Below are positions 21,201-28,678 of a stretch of 64,000 nucleotides of DNA, in pieces. Origin of the DNA: an uncultured bacterium (GTDB lineage Bacteria; CSSED10-310; CAZUFC01); contig CAZUFC010000027.1 of NCBI GenBank assembly GCA_964619725.1, positions 8,570 through 72,569 on the forward strand, read 5' to 3'. A program made the translations under genes and the position numbers. Below the pieces are notes generated by a model. That model worked only from the letters and a program-made list of their open reading frames with translations, made no database searches and was not told the origin of the DNA. Every line of letters starts with the position of its first letter. Positions within the stretch are counted from its first letter, which is position 1.

Positions 21201-22386
21201 TTTAAATGAGGGTGAAAATTACGATCCTGTTTTCAATGCGCCTCAGATACTGTCTGGAGGATACGGCGATCTGGGACCGCAGAGAGCCAGGGGCGTGGAG
21301 ACGGCTGACTGGAATTCGGACGGAAAGAAGGATATTTTTGTCGGCAGCGACTTGAACCATTCCAATGGACATTATCAGTATTATTGCATTAATGCAGGAT
21401 CGGATTCCAATCCTGTTTTCGGGGCTGCGAATGTTTTAAGATACGGAGGAGGCGGTTACGATGCGCCCATACCCGGCACATGGCAGTCTACTCCTCATAT
21501 TTGGGATTATGAAGAAGACGGTGACCCGGATTTGTTTTCACGGACTCAGAACGACTATACTAAACTGATGAACTATGTGAATGACGGTTCACCCGGTTTG
21601 CCTCATCTGATCGAAGGCGGATTTATTGAAGCAGGATACGGATACGTTCAGCCGGGACTGGATGCGGAAACCGCTGACTGGAACAACGACGGAAAGAAAG
21701 ATTTGATGGTGGATATGTCCTGGGGGCTTGGTTACTACCCCAACAGTCAGGTTTCGTTGACGGCTCCGCATGAGGTAGTAGACTTCTCGATTGATTCGGT
21801 TAGCGGCGATTCAATCGATTTAGTCTGGCAACAACCGACCGATTATGATCTTGCTGGAGTGTTAATCGTGCGGTCGCTTTCACCGATCGTATGGCATCCG
21901 TCGGAAAGGCAGCATTACCATGTAGTATCAGGAGTTGAAGTGTCGTCGGGCGTTCAGATTATATACAAGGGCAATGATGATCATTCCGTTACGCCGTGGA
22001 CGGACGCCAATCTTGCCGAAGGGGAGACTTATTACTACCGGGCTTACGCTTATGATCTCGTTTTACCTTCTTATTCTGTAAATGGCGTTGAACTTGAGGT
22101 CACCACACTTATGGCAACTCCCACACCTGAAGTTACTCCGACGCAGGAGCCGCCGGAAACATCAACCGTTACGCCGACAGAAACATTAACTGTAACGCCA
22201 ACATTGACTTCAACTCCCACTCCTACAAATACGCCTACTTATTCTCCGACCACTACTCCCCTATCACCTACGCCGACAATAACACCGGAACCGACGCCGA
22301 TGCCTGCTCCGTCCTTGGGCGGATATGGAATTCTACTGATTACCGTTTTAATTGGAATTTCATTGTTGAAAACGAGGAGGAATTAA
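15280..22386 (+). CDS. Large surface protein: 3 x (10 FG-GAP/VCBS-like repeats + FnIII-like domain + P/T linker), with CTERM anchor
   Basis: Recurrent DWxxDGxxD motifs, LTWTNP...Y.YRAFAYD FnIII-like domains, and tail PAPSLGGYG-TM-KTRRN. ATG 15280 follows GGAGG. Confidence 0.85.
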   Translation: MKIRILKSRFVTCLIFCFAAIAFTGIAVLGEGPGNDSGEQKIIESALKANDFSELSKGLDKVCEEIGVPAKKTRNEKEGKDEALRSAGPPEYGSSVSIKREIHRVQENGSDSIPWPTDWDIDGRMDIVSGGNDGRVRLSRNIGTSTEPKFENAVTIMMGYSYVDIGYNSSPVHYDWDSDGSRDLLVGGWQGNVTFFKNNGSDTTPNFSGGVQLDAGYSVLDVGSGSHPFVVDWNNDGKDDLLVGGHNGHVNLYMNVGSQTSPQLNTGSQIQVGYNPLDMEAKAQPWVVDWNGDGKKDLIVSGFSPSKISLFENVGTDASPAFSEETVLYEKGKPVWPTLDTGWAFADMNGDGAEDLVFMDFHAGVRYFMNKGTNLSRIYEEAYYIPGEEPTDFYHTIKAPRVVDWDENGLKDIVFNIWRDDRHYVCFNTGTDSEPKFTHQKLLTTTTDRHMGFNIDYHCPEIVDWDNDGKKDVLIARQDASGHGDIYIFLNTGENYDPEFGEPEKLSSGYTDLGPERTMSVETADWNSDGKKDLLLGSQVWTASGRLQYVYVNDGTDAAPEFSSGAVLSYGPAGYEQPIPGTWVSNPHVWDYEEDGDPDIFTTTNDARERVHIFNNDGSAGNPHLTDGGFLSAGYGYVGGSGHIFPETTDWDEDGRKDMIIGERNTISYYPNEQTNLTSPGEVSDLMVAGASDFSISLTWTNPGDEDFKGVIIVRSQSTITWKPSDRQGYHVVPGIEIAPGIEVVYKGDGDHSTAPWTDTGLNPGTRYYYRAFAYDAVLPSYSVDGREVNALTGGDTPTPTPTMPPTDTPLPTDTPLPTDTPLPGPAGPPEFLSALEIKRNVYKINGHNGWSPFVTDWDNDGRKDLLAGHHDGRVYVAMNIGTGQEPRLDEAYLLQAGYSDLDVVWWASAPMHYDWNADGKRDLIIGNMNGNVYYFRNYGSGNSPSFNSGAQLSAGGSVIDVGYDAQPVVEDWNNDGKHDLLVGGAHNGKINLFLNTGSNSSPQLASGELIESGGSPIALGAKVKPWVMDWNSDGRKDLVVSASDYQGGSIYLYENVGTDAAPVFDERQTLFGRNFAVPLNAKDCWTFADWNGDSKTEVVIINDMGAVMYYPNQGTESNRSYREAMYVPGDEPTMIFNEGKIPRIVDWDEDGLKDIFVNSSRGGSHYVIVNTGTVETPKFTGQKLLMTDTGSKIGFPGSWFQYMTPEVIDWDNDGKKDILAPRRDWYQGGDVYLYINAGENYEPQFGDPVKLTDGYTDIGPKSTKGIETVDWNSDGKKDLLLGTDYWGDNGTYQYVYLNEGTDSSPEFSSGELLRYDAGEPIHGSPYCTVRVWDYEEDGDPDIISVTNECRDRLTKYNNDGVLGNPHLVNEGHLTTAYGFVSGSHVAFAEPVDWNEDGKKDLVVGQRNGIIWYPNNQSNQTSPHEVSNFSVAGSSDYSVSLNWTNPNDNDFAGVILLRSLSPIEWLPSDCQHYHLNAGVEVAPGIEIAYKGTGDYSAAPWNDTGLIPGNFYHYKIFTFDQVMPFYSVNGRDATAYTGGETPTPAPPTETPTATDTPFPTDTPLPGPAGPPEFDELIEIKREAYQVSSSSSGKYEPWVTDWNSDGKKDLLTGQYDGRIRLCLNDGTASEPRLQPSVYVTGAYGNIDAGNYSSPVHYDWDGDGKRDLLIGNNTGNVEFYKNYGSDSAPSFIDGDDLDAGYGILDVGGIAQPFPVDWNNDGKDDLVVGANDGFVHLFINEGAQTSPQLNAGGPLQVGYSPIDVGSEAKPWVVDWNGDGRKDLVVSGCSADGCPLWLFENINTDAEPQFAGGVILYDHNSPVVESYNTGLTIGDMNSDAKDDIVAVSSDSQAVMYYVNKGTNANRIYEEAIYIPGDEPTRIFSHDKAIRVTDWDENGVKDLLVNLGWNDRHYVIFNTGSREEPKLTKQLALTTTAGRSIGFESYTYFCPEVVDWDNDGKKDLLVTRADYSTYGDIYLFLNEGENYDPVFNAPQILSGGYGDLGPQRARGVETADWNSDGKKDIFVGSDLNHSNGHYQYYCINAGSDSNPVFGAANVLRYGGGGYDAPIPGTWQSTPHIWDYEEDGDPDLFSRTQNDYTKLMNYVNDGSPGLPHLIEGGFIEAGYGYVQPGLDAETADWNNDGKKDLMVDMSWGLGYYPNSQVSLTAPHEVVDFSIDSVSGDSIDLVWQQPTDYDLAGVLIVRSLSPIVWHPSERQHYHVVSGVEVSSGVQIIYKGNDDHSVTPWTDANLAEGETYYYRAYAYDLVLPSYSVNGVELEVTTLMATPTPEVTPTQEPPETSTVTPTETLTVTPTLTSTPTPTNTPTYSPTTTPLSPTPTITPEPTPMPAPSLGGYGILLITVLIGISLLKTRRN

Positions 22387-22387
22387 A

Positions 22388-22534
22388 GGATTTCTGTCCA
22401 AATAAGTCGAATTTCCCCCAATGATGCGTCAGGCTTCGGATTTGCTCAGTCAACGTATAATAAATACGCCTTCTTCGTAAATCCTTGCCTTCCTTGCCTT
22501 GAGAAAAATTCGCTCGTTTATGGATCAAAAACCC
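22388..22534. mobile_element. ~145-bp MITE-like element with imperfect TIRs
   Basis: Ends are ggatttctgtccaaataagtcgaattt and aaattcgctcgtttatggatcaaaaaccc. A partial copy lies at 1987-2096. Confidence 0.6.
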
Positions 22535-22535
22535 A

Positions 22536-22591
22536 AGTGGCTGTCCAGCATTAAATTTTGAATCGAGATTCGAGTTTGTGGACAGACACTA
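22536..22591 (-). mobile_element. ~57-bp miniature TIR element (copy 1 of 3)
   Basis: Reverse complement is nearly identical to 57932-57988 and 63947-64000. Ends are tagtg(c/t)ctgtcca and tggacagccact. Confidence 0.8.
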
Positions 22592-22756
22592 GTTAATATC
22601 CCTGAAGCCTTCTCCCTTGTATGTCCCATTCATAACGAGCACCGTATCTCCATCCTCAGCAGCGTCTATTCCAGACTGGATGTCAGGAAATTCATCAGGA
22701 ACCGTTAATACTGAACCGCAGACGTCTGAACAGGAGACTAAAATATAAAGGAACAG
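22592..22756 (-). pseudogene. N-terminal fragment of a beta-helix secreted protein
   Basis: Reads LFLYILVSCSDVCGSVLTVPDEFPDIQSGIDAAEDGDTVLVMNGTYKGEGFRDIN*, paralogous to the N-terminus of 12923-14284. The stop codon is supplied by the mini-element end. Confidence 0.75.
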
Positions 22757-22762
22757 GTTCTA

Positions 22763-22848
22763 TATGCAGGGGTCAGAGCCCGGTGTGGAGCCCGGCGTGA
22801 AGCCCTATGCAGGGGTCAGAGCCCGGTGTGGAGCCCGGCGTGAAGCCT
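22763..22848. repeat. 2 x 43-bp tandem repeat containing GGGGTCAGAGCCC
   Basis: tatgcaggggtcagagcccggtgtggagcccggcgtgaagcc(c/t) occurs twice. A related unit lies at about 14999-15033. Confidence 0.9.
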
Positions 22849-22957
22849 AAGGATTCGATATCCGGCAGGGATGAGAATTTTACTTGCAAAAGCGGCGGCT
22901 TATTATGTATTGTTTCATGTTAGCTGTTCGATTTTTGCGGAAAGGAGTCGAGGTTTT

Positions 22958-25303
22958 ATGATACATGAAGATTTTTACAAGCTGGATGAAAAATGCGACA
23001 AATTTCTGGTGACTTGCGCTTTGCCCTACGTCAATAATGTTCCTCACTTGGGCAACCTCGTCCCCATCTTATCGGCGGACGTTTACACGAGATATTTGAA
23101 GTTGACGGGCATTCCTGCGATCTACATATGTGCTACTGACGAGCATGGAACTCGTACAGAAATGGAATCGAAGAAAAGGAACATGACGCCTGAGGAGTAT
23201 TGTCGTTTGATGCACGATAGGATAAAGAAGATTTTCGAATGGTTCGGCGTCGAATTTACCTATTTTGGGAGAACGTCCAGCGAGTCGAATCATGAAATAA
23301 CTCGGGATATTTTCCTTCATTTGGATAAGAACGGGTATATCTTTGAGGATAAAATCGAGCAGTTATATTGCGAGACATGCGGGCATTTTTTACCGGATAC
23401 TTTTGTGCTTGGAACCTGTCCCCATTGTAATAATCCTGAATCGAAAGGCGATCAATGCGACGTATGCGGCCGGTTTTTGGAGTCTGTAGAACTGTTGAAT
23501 CCGAGGTGCAAGATTTGCGGAACACCTGCGATTATAAAGGAAAGCCGGCATTTATTTCTGGATTTGCCCAAACTCGGTCCGCTGGTCAGGGACTGGGTAA
23601 AGAGCCGTGAATTCTGGAAGGGGTATCAGATATACAATTTACCGCTGGCCTGGATAAAAGAAGGATTAAAACCCCGTTGCATAACCCGTGATCTGTCCTG
23701 GGGAGTCAGAACCCCGAAAAAGGGATATGAAGATAAAGTATTTTACGTGTGGTTTGACGCTCCGATAGGATATGCTGCAGCGACTTACGACTGGGCCAGG
23801 GAAAACGACCAGGATTTTAAAACGTGGTGGAAACATGACCAGTCAAAGATCATTCATTTCATGGGCAAAGATAATGTCCCTTTCCATACTATAATGTGGC
23901 CTTCATCGTTGCTGGGCGCTGATGATCATTGGACATTGCCCTATTTCATCGCTTCAAACGAATATCTCAATTATGAACACGGGCAGTTTTCCAAGAGCAG
24001 GGGAGCCGGCATCTTTTCAGATGATGTGACGGCGCTTGAATTTCCGGCTGATTTCTGGCGCTTTTATTTGATGGCTTACAGACCGGAAAAAACTGATACT
24101 GATTTTCTGTGGAAGGACTTTCTGCACGCCGTTAATACGGATTTGATCGGAAATATATTCAATTTCGTGCATCGAGTGCTGAGTTTTACTCATAAAAATT
24201 TCGGAGAAATACCTCGCCGCGGCCAATTGAGCGATGAAGAAAGGGAGATGCTCGCGACGATTTCGGAAAAAGAAAATGAAATAAGCGAAGCGTACGGGGA
24301 TTTTCTTTTTCGAGCTGCGGTCAGAAGCATACTGGATATGTCGGATATAGGCAACAGGTTCTTTCAGCACAGCGAGCCATGGAAAGTAATTAAAGAGGAT
24401 CGCAGCAGAACAGGCGCTATATGTCATGTCGCCCTGGAGATAATAGCCAGACTGATGCATTGGTGCTCGCCGATGATTCCCGATGCCGCCGATAAAGTTT
24501 CACGATATCTTTCGCTGGACCAGGAAATGAAGCTGGTTGAAGGCGCTGTTTTGAGTAAACCTAAGCCGGTTTATCCGCGTTTGGAAGAAGAGAGAATACA
24601 AGAGCTGGCAGAGATGTTCAGGGGAAAATCGGAAGAAAGAAAAGAATCTTTTCCCCCCATAACTTTCAAAAAAGAAGATGCTGTTGCTTACGATTGCGTG
24701 ATCCTGGAATTCAAGAATCTCGATATAAAAAAGAAAAATCCGGAACTGGAACAATTGAAAAAACAGGTCTACAGTGAAATAAAGCCGGATAGCCTCCAAA
24801 ACAGCGATTATGTCAAAGGTTACGATTCGCTGCTGGGGAAACAGGACCGCGGCAAACGCTCATCAGTCACCAACCTGATCGATATTTTCAGAAAAAATCA
24901 GAGAATACCGAACTTCAACGTCATGGTGGATGCCTACAACTTGATGTCGCTGAAATACGGCGTCGTCATGGGCGCTTACGAAAGAAGAACCATTAAAGGC
25001 AATTTGATCTATAAAGTCGCCGACGGCTCTGAACATTTTATCCCCGTCGCAAGCGGTCAGAAAGAAAAAGTGTACGAAGGCGAGTGGGTGATCGCTGATG
25101 AAACGGGTATGGTGGTTACGCGTATTCTGTCCAAGCAATCGGAAGCGGTCGCCATCACCATGAATACCCGCTCTGCCGTTATGTGCATCCAGGGGAATCC
25201 GTGTATTCCCTTGGATGAGCTTAACAGAATAGCTGTGGAGACGGCGGGTTTGATTCAGGAATTTTGCGGGGGCGGATACCGGGTCGTCTATCCGGAAAAA
25301 TAG
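22958..25303 (+). CDS. metG: Methionine--tRNA ligase with C-terminal B3/4-like domain
   Basis: ALPYVNNVPHLGN, TDEHGT, CxxC zinc knuckles, YVWFDAPIGY, GKDNVPFH and FSKS motifs. ATG 22958 follows GAGG. Confidence 0.93.
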   Translation: MIHEDFYKLDEKCDKFLVTCALPYVNNVPHLGNLVPILSADVYTRYLKLTGIPAIYICATDEHGTRTEMESKKRNMTPEEYCRLMHDRIKKIFEWFGVEFTYFGRTSSESNHEITRDIFLHLDKNGYIFEDKIEQLYCETCGHFLPDTFVLGTCPHCNNPESKGDQCDVCGRFLESVELLNPRCKICGTPAIIKESRHLFLDLPKLGPLVRDWVKSREFWKGYQIYNLPLAWIKEGLKPRCITRDLSWGVRTPKKGYEDKVFYVWFDAPIGYAAATYDWARENDQDFKTWWKHDQSKIIHFMGKDNVPFHTIMWPSSLLGADDHWTLPYFIASNEYLNYEHGQFSKSRGAGIFSDDVTALEFPADFWRFYLMAYRPEKTDTDFLWKDFLHAVNTDLIGNIFNFVHRVLSFTHKNFGEIPRRGQLSDEEREMLATISEKENEISEAYGDFLFRAAVRSILDMSDIGNRFFQHSEPWKVIKEDRSRTGAICHVALEIIARLMHWCSPMIPDAADKVSRYLSLDQEMKLVEGAVLSKPKPVYPRLEEERIQELAEMFRGKSEERKESFPPITFKKEDAVAYDCVILEFKNLDIKKKNPELEQLKKQVYSEIKPDSLQNSDYVKGYDSLLGKQDRGKRSSVTNLIDIFRKNQRIPNFNVMVDAYNLMSLKYGVVMGAYERRTIKGNLIYKVADGSEHFIPVASGQKEKVYEGEWVIADETGMVVTRILSKQSEAVAITMNTRSAVMCIQGNPCIPLDELNRIAVETAGLIQEFCGGGYRVVYPEK

Positions 25304-25340
25304 GAAAATTCGGCAAAAAAAGAAATTTTAGGAATAAGTA

Positions 25341-25370
25341 TTGACATTTCAGAAATTGTATGTTATCAAT
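25341..25370 (+). promoter_or_regulatory. Candidate sigma70-type promoter
   Basis: TTGACA at 25341, a 17-bp spacer, then an imperfect extended -10 (TGnTATCAA). Confidence 0.4.
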
Positions 25371-25578
25371 GAGCTGTTGAATGTTCACTTGGGGTGAACG
25401 GGGTGTGGGAAACTCAACAGTATCGTTTTGAGTAAACCGGGAACAGGAAAATACGGATAAAAAGTGATCCGCAGAGATGCACTCCCTGAGACGCATCTGC
25501 GTTTGACATTTCTGCGGCGGGTTCCAGGTTTATCTAATCATCTAGTTTCAAAAGACAAATTAAGTAAGGAGGACCGAT

Positions 25579-25761
25579 ATGGCCGAAAAGTTGGCGCAGT
25601 TCTATGAAGAAGCGAAGAAATTGGGAGGACTGAAGGCCCAGATGCGTCTAGCGGTAAAAACTGGCGTGACGTCTACGAAAGCGCCTCAGGTACCTGATGC
25701 ACCGGAGACGATAGCGAAATTTGAAAGCGCTATGAACGAGATACGGAAGGAATTTTCGTAA
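25579..25761 (+). CDS. Small hypothetical protein (60 aa)
   Basis: Perfect AAGGAGG RBS, helical sequence, first gene of a tightly packed operon. Confidence 0.8.
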   Translation: MAEKLAQFYEEAKKLGGLKAQMRLAVKTGVTSTKAPQVPDAPETIAKFESAMNEIRKEFS

Positions 25762-25777
25762 GAAGGGGGTATGTTAA

Positions 25778-26305
25778 ATGACGATATTTAAGAAGGATGA
25801 ACTAGTTTTAGATCACGTATTTGATCGAAAGACTAACAGGCATTACCTGAACGGGATGTTGAGCGTATTTCATTGTCATCATTATGCGACGTTATACACG
25901 CAGTTGGCGATGGATGCGGAGGAGACGGAATTATTGATCGACACGTCTGAAGACGTTTTTTTTGACATGTTGAAGAATTATTTTGAGACGCATGATGTAG
26001 ATTCAATCACGAAAAGAATAGATTTCGCTTGCGAATATTACGCTGCGCTTGGATTGGGAAAGATGAACGTGAGTTATGCGGGCGACGATTCCGGCCAGGT
26101 TGAGATAACGGCATCGCATTTAGATCAGGGATGGATAAAGAAGTGGGGTAAGCATGATGCGCCGGTCAATTATGTTGGTGCAGGCTACATCAACGCCATG
26201 TTTTCAGCAGTTTTCGACAAACCGAAGAAGTCATTTATGGCGACGGAGATACAGAGCATAGTAAAGGGCGCTGAAAGTTCTAAATTTAACGTGGTGGGGA
26301 GGTAA
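25778..26305 (+). CDS. V4R/4-vinyl-reductase-like domain protein with HCHHY motif
   Basis: LGLGKM...PVNYVGAGYINAMFS...EIQSIVKGAESSKF follows the V4R pattern. Confidence 0.65.
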   Translation: MTIFKKDELVLDHVFDRKTNRHYLNGMLSVFHCHHYATLYTQLAMDAEETELLIDTSEDVFFDMLKNYFETHDVDSITKRIDFACEYYAALGLGKMNVSYAGDDSGQVEITASHLDQGWIKKWGKHDAPVNYVGAGYINAMFSAVFDKPKKSFMATEIQSIVKGAESSKFNVVGR

Positions 26306-26916
26306 TGATGGCGATAGACAGAAATAAAGTAATTGATGAAATGTCGAAGATACAGATATGCGGAGATGAGAACGGGATAATCGATGCGTTTAACGTATTG
26401 GTGACGCAATTGCCGGCCAGGTTCTGGAATACGTTTGCGGACAGACTGACTCATAAGACGTCTCCCGAAATGCGGGAAGCCACGGAGTATCTGCTTTACA
26501 ATGCGGCCCATGAATGCGGTTATCACACGGGTTACGGAATCATCACATCGGAAGAATGGAAAGCGATAGTCGGTCCGATGGTTGAGAAGGTACCCGATGA
26601 CATTCTGCATGGAGCATTTGCCGTATTTACGGCCTGGGGCTGGGCTAATGCCGAGGTTGTTGAACTGGTACCCGGAGAAAAAATGGTTGTACGATCGTAC
26701 GATTATTATGAAGCCGACGTGGTGAAGTACGGAAGTTCGAGCAAGTTGAGCGCGTATATGATTGCTGGAGTTTCAGCAGCTTTTATGGAGCTTGCTTACG
26801 CTGGCGATTACGATCCGAAAGGGGCTCCGATCGGAACGTACGTATGCAAGCAGGTCAAAGGAATCGAATGCGGCGATCCTTATGGAGAGTTTATCGTAAC
26901 GAAAGCCGAAGGATAG
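26305..26916 (+). CDS. V4R-like domain protein
   Basis: AWGWANAEVV...AYMIAGVSAAFM...CKQVKGIECGDPYGEFIV. Coupled to the previous gene by a TAATG overlap. Confidence 0.65.
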   Translation: MMAIDRNKVIDEMSKIQICGDENGIIDAFNVLVTQLPARFWNTFADRLTHKTSPEMREATEYLLYNAAHECGYHTGYGIITSEEWKAIVGPMVEKVPDDILHGAFAVFTAWGWANAEVVELVPGEKMVVRSYDYYEADVVKYGSSSKLSAYMIAGVSAAFMELAYAGDYDPKGAPIGTYVCKQVKGIECGDPYGEFIVTKAEG

Positions 26917-26924
26917 AAAATATT

Positions 26925-26972
26925 CCGGGGCATGCGAAGCGAAGGGCGATTTTCGAGCGCTGCATGCCCCGG
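26925..26972. terminator. Stem-loop after the V4R genes
   Basis: ccggggcatgc...gcatgccccgg inverted repeat. No U-tract, so termination is uncertain. Confidence 0.4.
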
Positions 26973-27119
26973 ATTAAGTGGCGCGGATAAAGGTCCGGCG
27001 CTGCAATAAACATAAAGCGCATAATTACAGAAAAGAGATTAAGCGCCGTCGTTTTTTTCGTCGTTACGATTCGATTGCCGTTATAAAATTATCTTAAAAG
27101 GGGACAGCATTAAAAAGGA

Positions 27120-28271
27120 ATGATTTATTTAAACAATGCAGCAACAAGTTATCCCAAGCCTGAAAGAGTCATAAAAGCGGTGAAGGAGTGCATAGAGCAT
27201 CCAATGTTCCATGCATCCAGGACCGGTTATGAAAATCAGAAAAAGGACACGGTCAGTTTATGCCGTCAGGCGCTGGCTGATTTGTTCAATATACGCGACA
27301 GCGACAGGATAGTATTCACATCATGTTCAACGGAATCATTAAACCTGGCGTTAAACGGACTTCAAATGGACGGTGGGCATGCGGTAACGACGACGATAGA
27401 GCACAATTCAGTCCTGCGGCCTTTAAAGACGATGGAAAGAGAGGGACGTATTCGTTTGTCCATAGTAGACTGCAAGGGACAGGGAGATGTGGACGTAGAG
27501 GAAGTAGCCGCTCAGATAGGACCTGACACCAGAGCTGTGGTGGTCAATCATTGCTCCAATGTTACGGGAGCGGTTACGGACATAAAAACGCTGGGGAATA
27601 TCGTCTCGGAAAAGCGTATCCCATATGTGGTAGACGTATCTCAGAGTGCCGGGGCCATGAGTGTAGACGTCGAAGAGTGCCGGATAGACCTTTTGGCATT
27701 CACTGGACACAAATCTCTTTATGGAATGCCGGGAATAGGCGGATTGTATATTCGCGAGAACATTGATTTAAGACCGTTAAAAATAGGCGGCACGGGGGTA
27801 AGAAGCGACTACCTGTTTCAGCCTGAATCGATGCCCATGTATTATGAGGCGGGAACGCCCAACATGCCGGGCATTATTTCATTGCTGGAAGGGGTTTCAT
27901 TCGTTCTGGAGACCGGCGTCCAAAGAATATTGGAGCACAAGCAACGATGCGTGAAAAAAATTATAGAGGCTTTTGAAAAGAACGAAAAAATTGAATTTTA
28001 TGCTGCCGGTAACGGCAACTCATCTTATCCAACGCTGCTTTCCTTCAATGTAAAAGGCATGAATCCCGCGGACGTCGGATACATGCTGGAAAATTCTTTT
28101 GAAATTGCCGTTCGTTCGGGTTTGCATTGCGCGCCTCTTATTCACAAAGCAGTAGGCTCTTTTCCTGACGGCTCTGTGCGGGTCAGTCCTTCATTTTTCA
28201 CTACCGATCAGGAATTGGAATATTTTTTAGAATCGATCGAAACCATCTGTGAAGCCGGCGATGCGTTATGA
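27120..28271 (+). CDS. Cysteine desulfurase-family class V aminotransferase
   Basis: IYLNNAATS, EHNSV, FTGHKSL (PLP lysine), EAGTPN and RSGLHCAP (catalytic Cys). Confidence 0.9.
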   Translation: MIYLNNAATSYPKPERVIKAVKECIEHPMFHASRTGYENQKKDTVSLCRQALADLFNIRDSDRIVFTSCSTESLNLALNGLQMDGGHAVTTTIEHNSVLRPLKTMEREGRIRLSIVDCKGQGDVDVEEVAAQIGPDTRAVVVNHCSNVTGAVTDIKTLGNIVSEKRIPYVVDVSQSAGAMSVDVEECRIDLLAFTGHKSLYGMPGIGGLYIRENIDLRPLKIGGTGVRSDYLFQPESMPMYYEAGTPNMPGIISLLEGVSFVLETGVQRILEHKQRCVKKIIEAFEKNEKIEFYAAGNGNSSYPTLLSFNVKGMNPADVGYMLENSFEIAVRSGLHCAPLIHKAVGSFPDGSVRVSPSFFTTDQELEYFLESIETICEAGDAL

Positions 28272-28606
28272 GAATCGTTAATGTCAGGCACATTGAGGAT
28301 TGTTTTGACGGTTCATTTATAAAAGAGATACTTTTCGATTCAATCATAACGAAAGAGTTCATCTTTTTTCTTGGTGAAGAGGGCGAGCTTCAATATTTAG
28401 GGAAACTCAAGAAACCGTTCTTCAAGATACGAGTGAAAGGGAAATATGAATTTAAAGGCGTTCAGGGGAACAGAACGATAAGGATAATTTTAAAGAATAA
28501 TCCCGAAAATTCGCTGAAAGAATTTCAAGATAGAATAAAAGAATTTAGGGCAAGGGAGAGCGACCGGGGATATCACGAATCTTTGAAAGAGGCGAGTTGC
28601 GGATAA
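28268..28606 (+). CDS. Hypothetical protein (112 aa) with EDCFDG motif
   Basis: ATGA overlap with the desulfurase gene; ends at the terminator hairpin. Confidence 0.7.
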   Translation: MRIVNVRHIEDCFDGSFIKEILFDSIITKEFIFFLGEEGELQYLGKLKKPFFKIRVKGKYEFKGVQGNRTIRIILKNNPENSLKEFQDRIKEFRARESDRGYHESLKEASCG

Positions 28607-28666
28607 AAAAACGGCCTTTCAGTCTGTTGAAGCGATCATGTTGAAACAGTCTGAAAGGCCGTTTTT
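28607..28666. terminator. Bidirectional intrinsic terminator
   Basis: aaaaacggcctttcag...ctgaaaggccgttttt between convergent genes. Confidence 0.75.
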
Positions 28667-28678
28667 CCTGTTTAAGAA

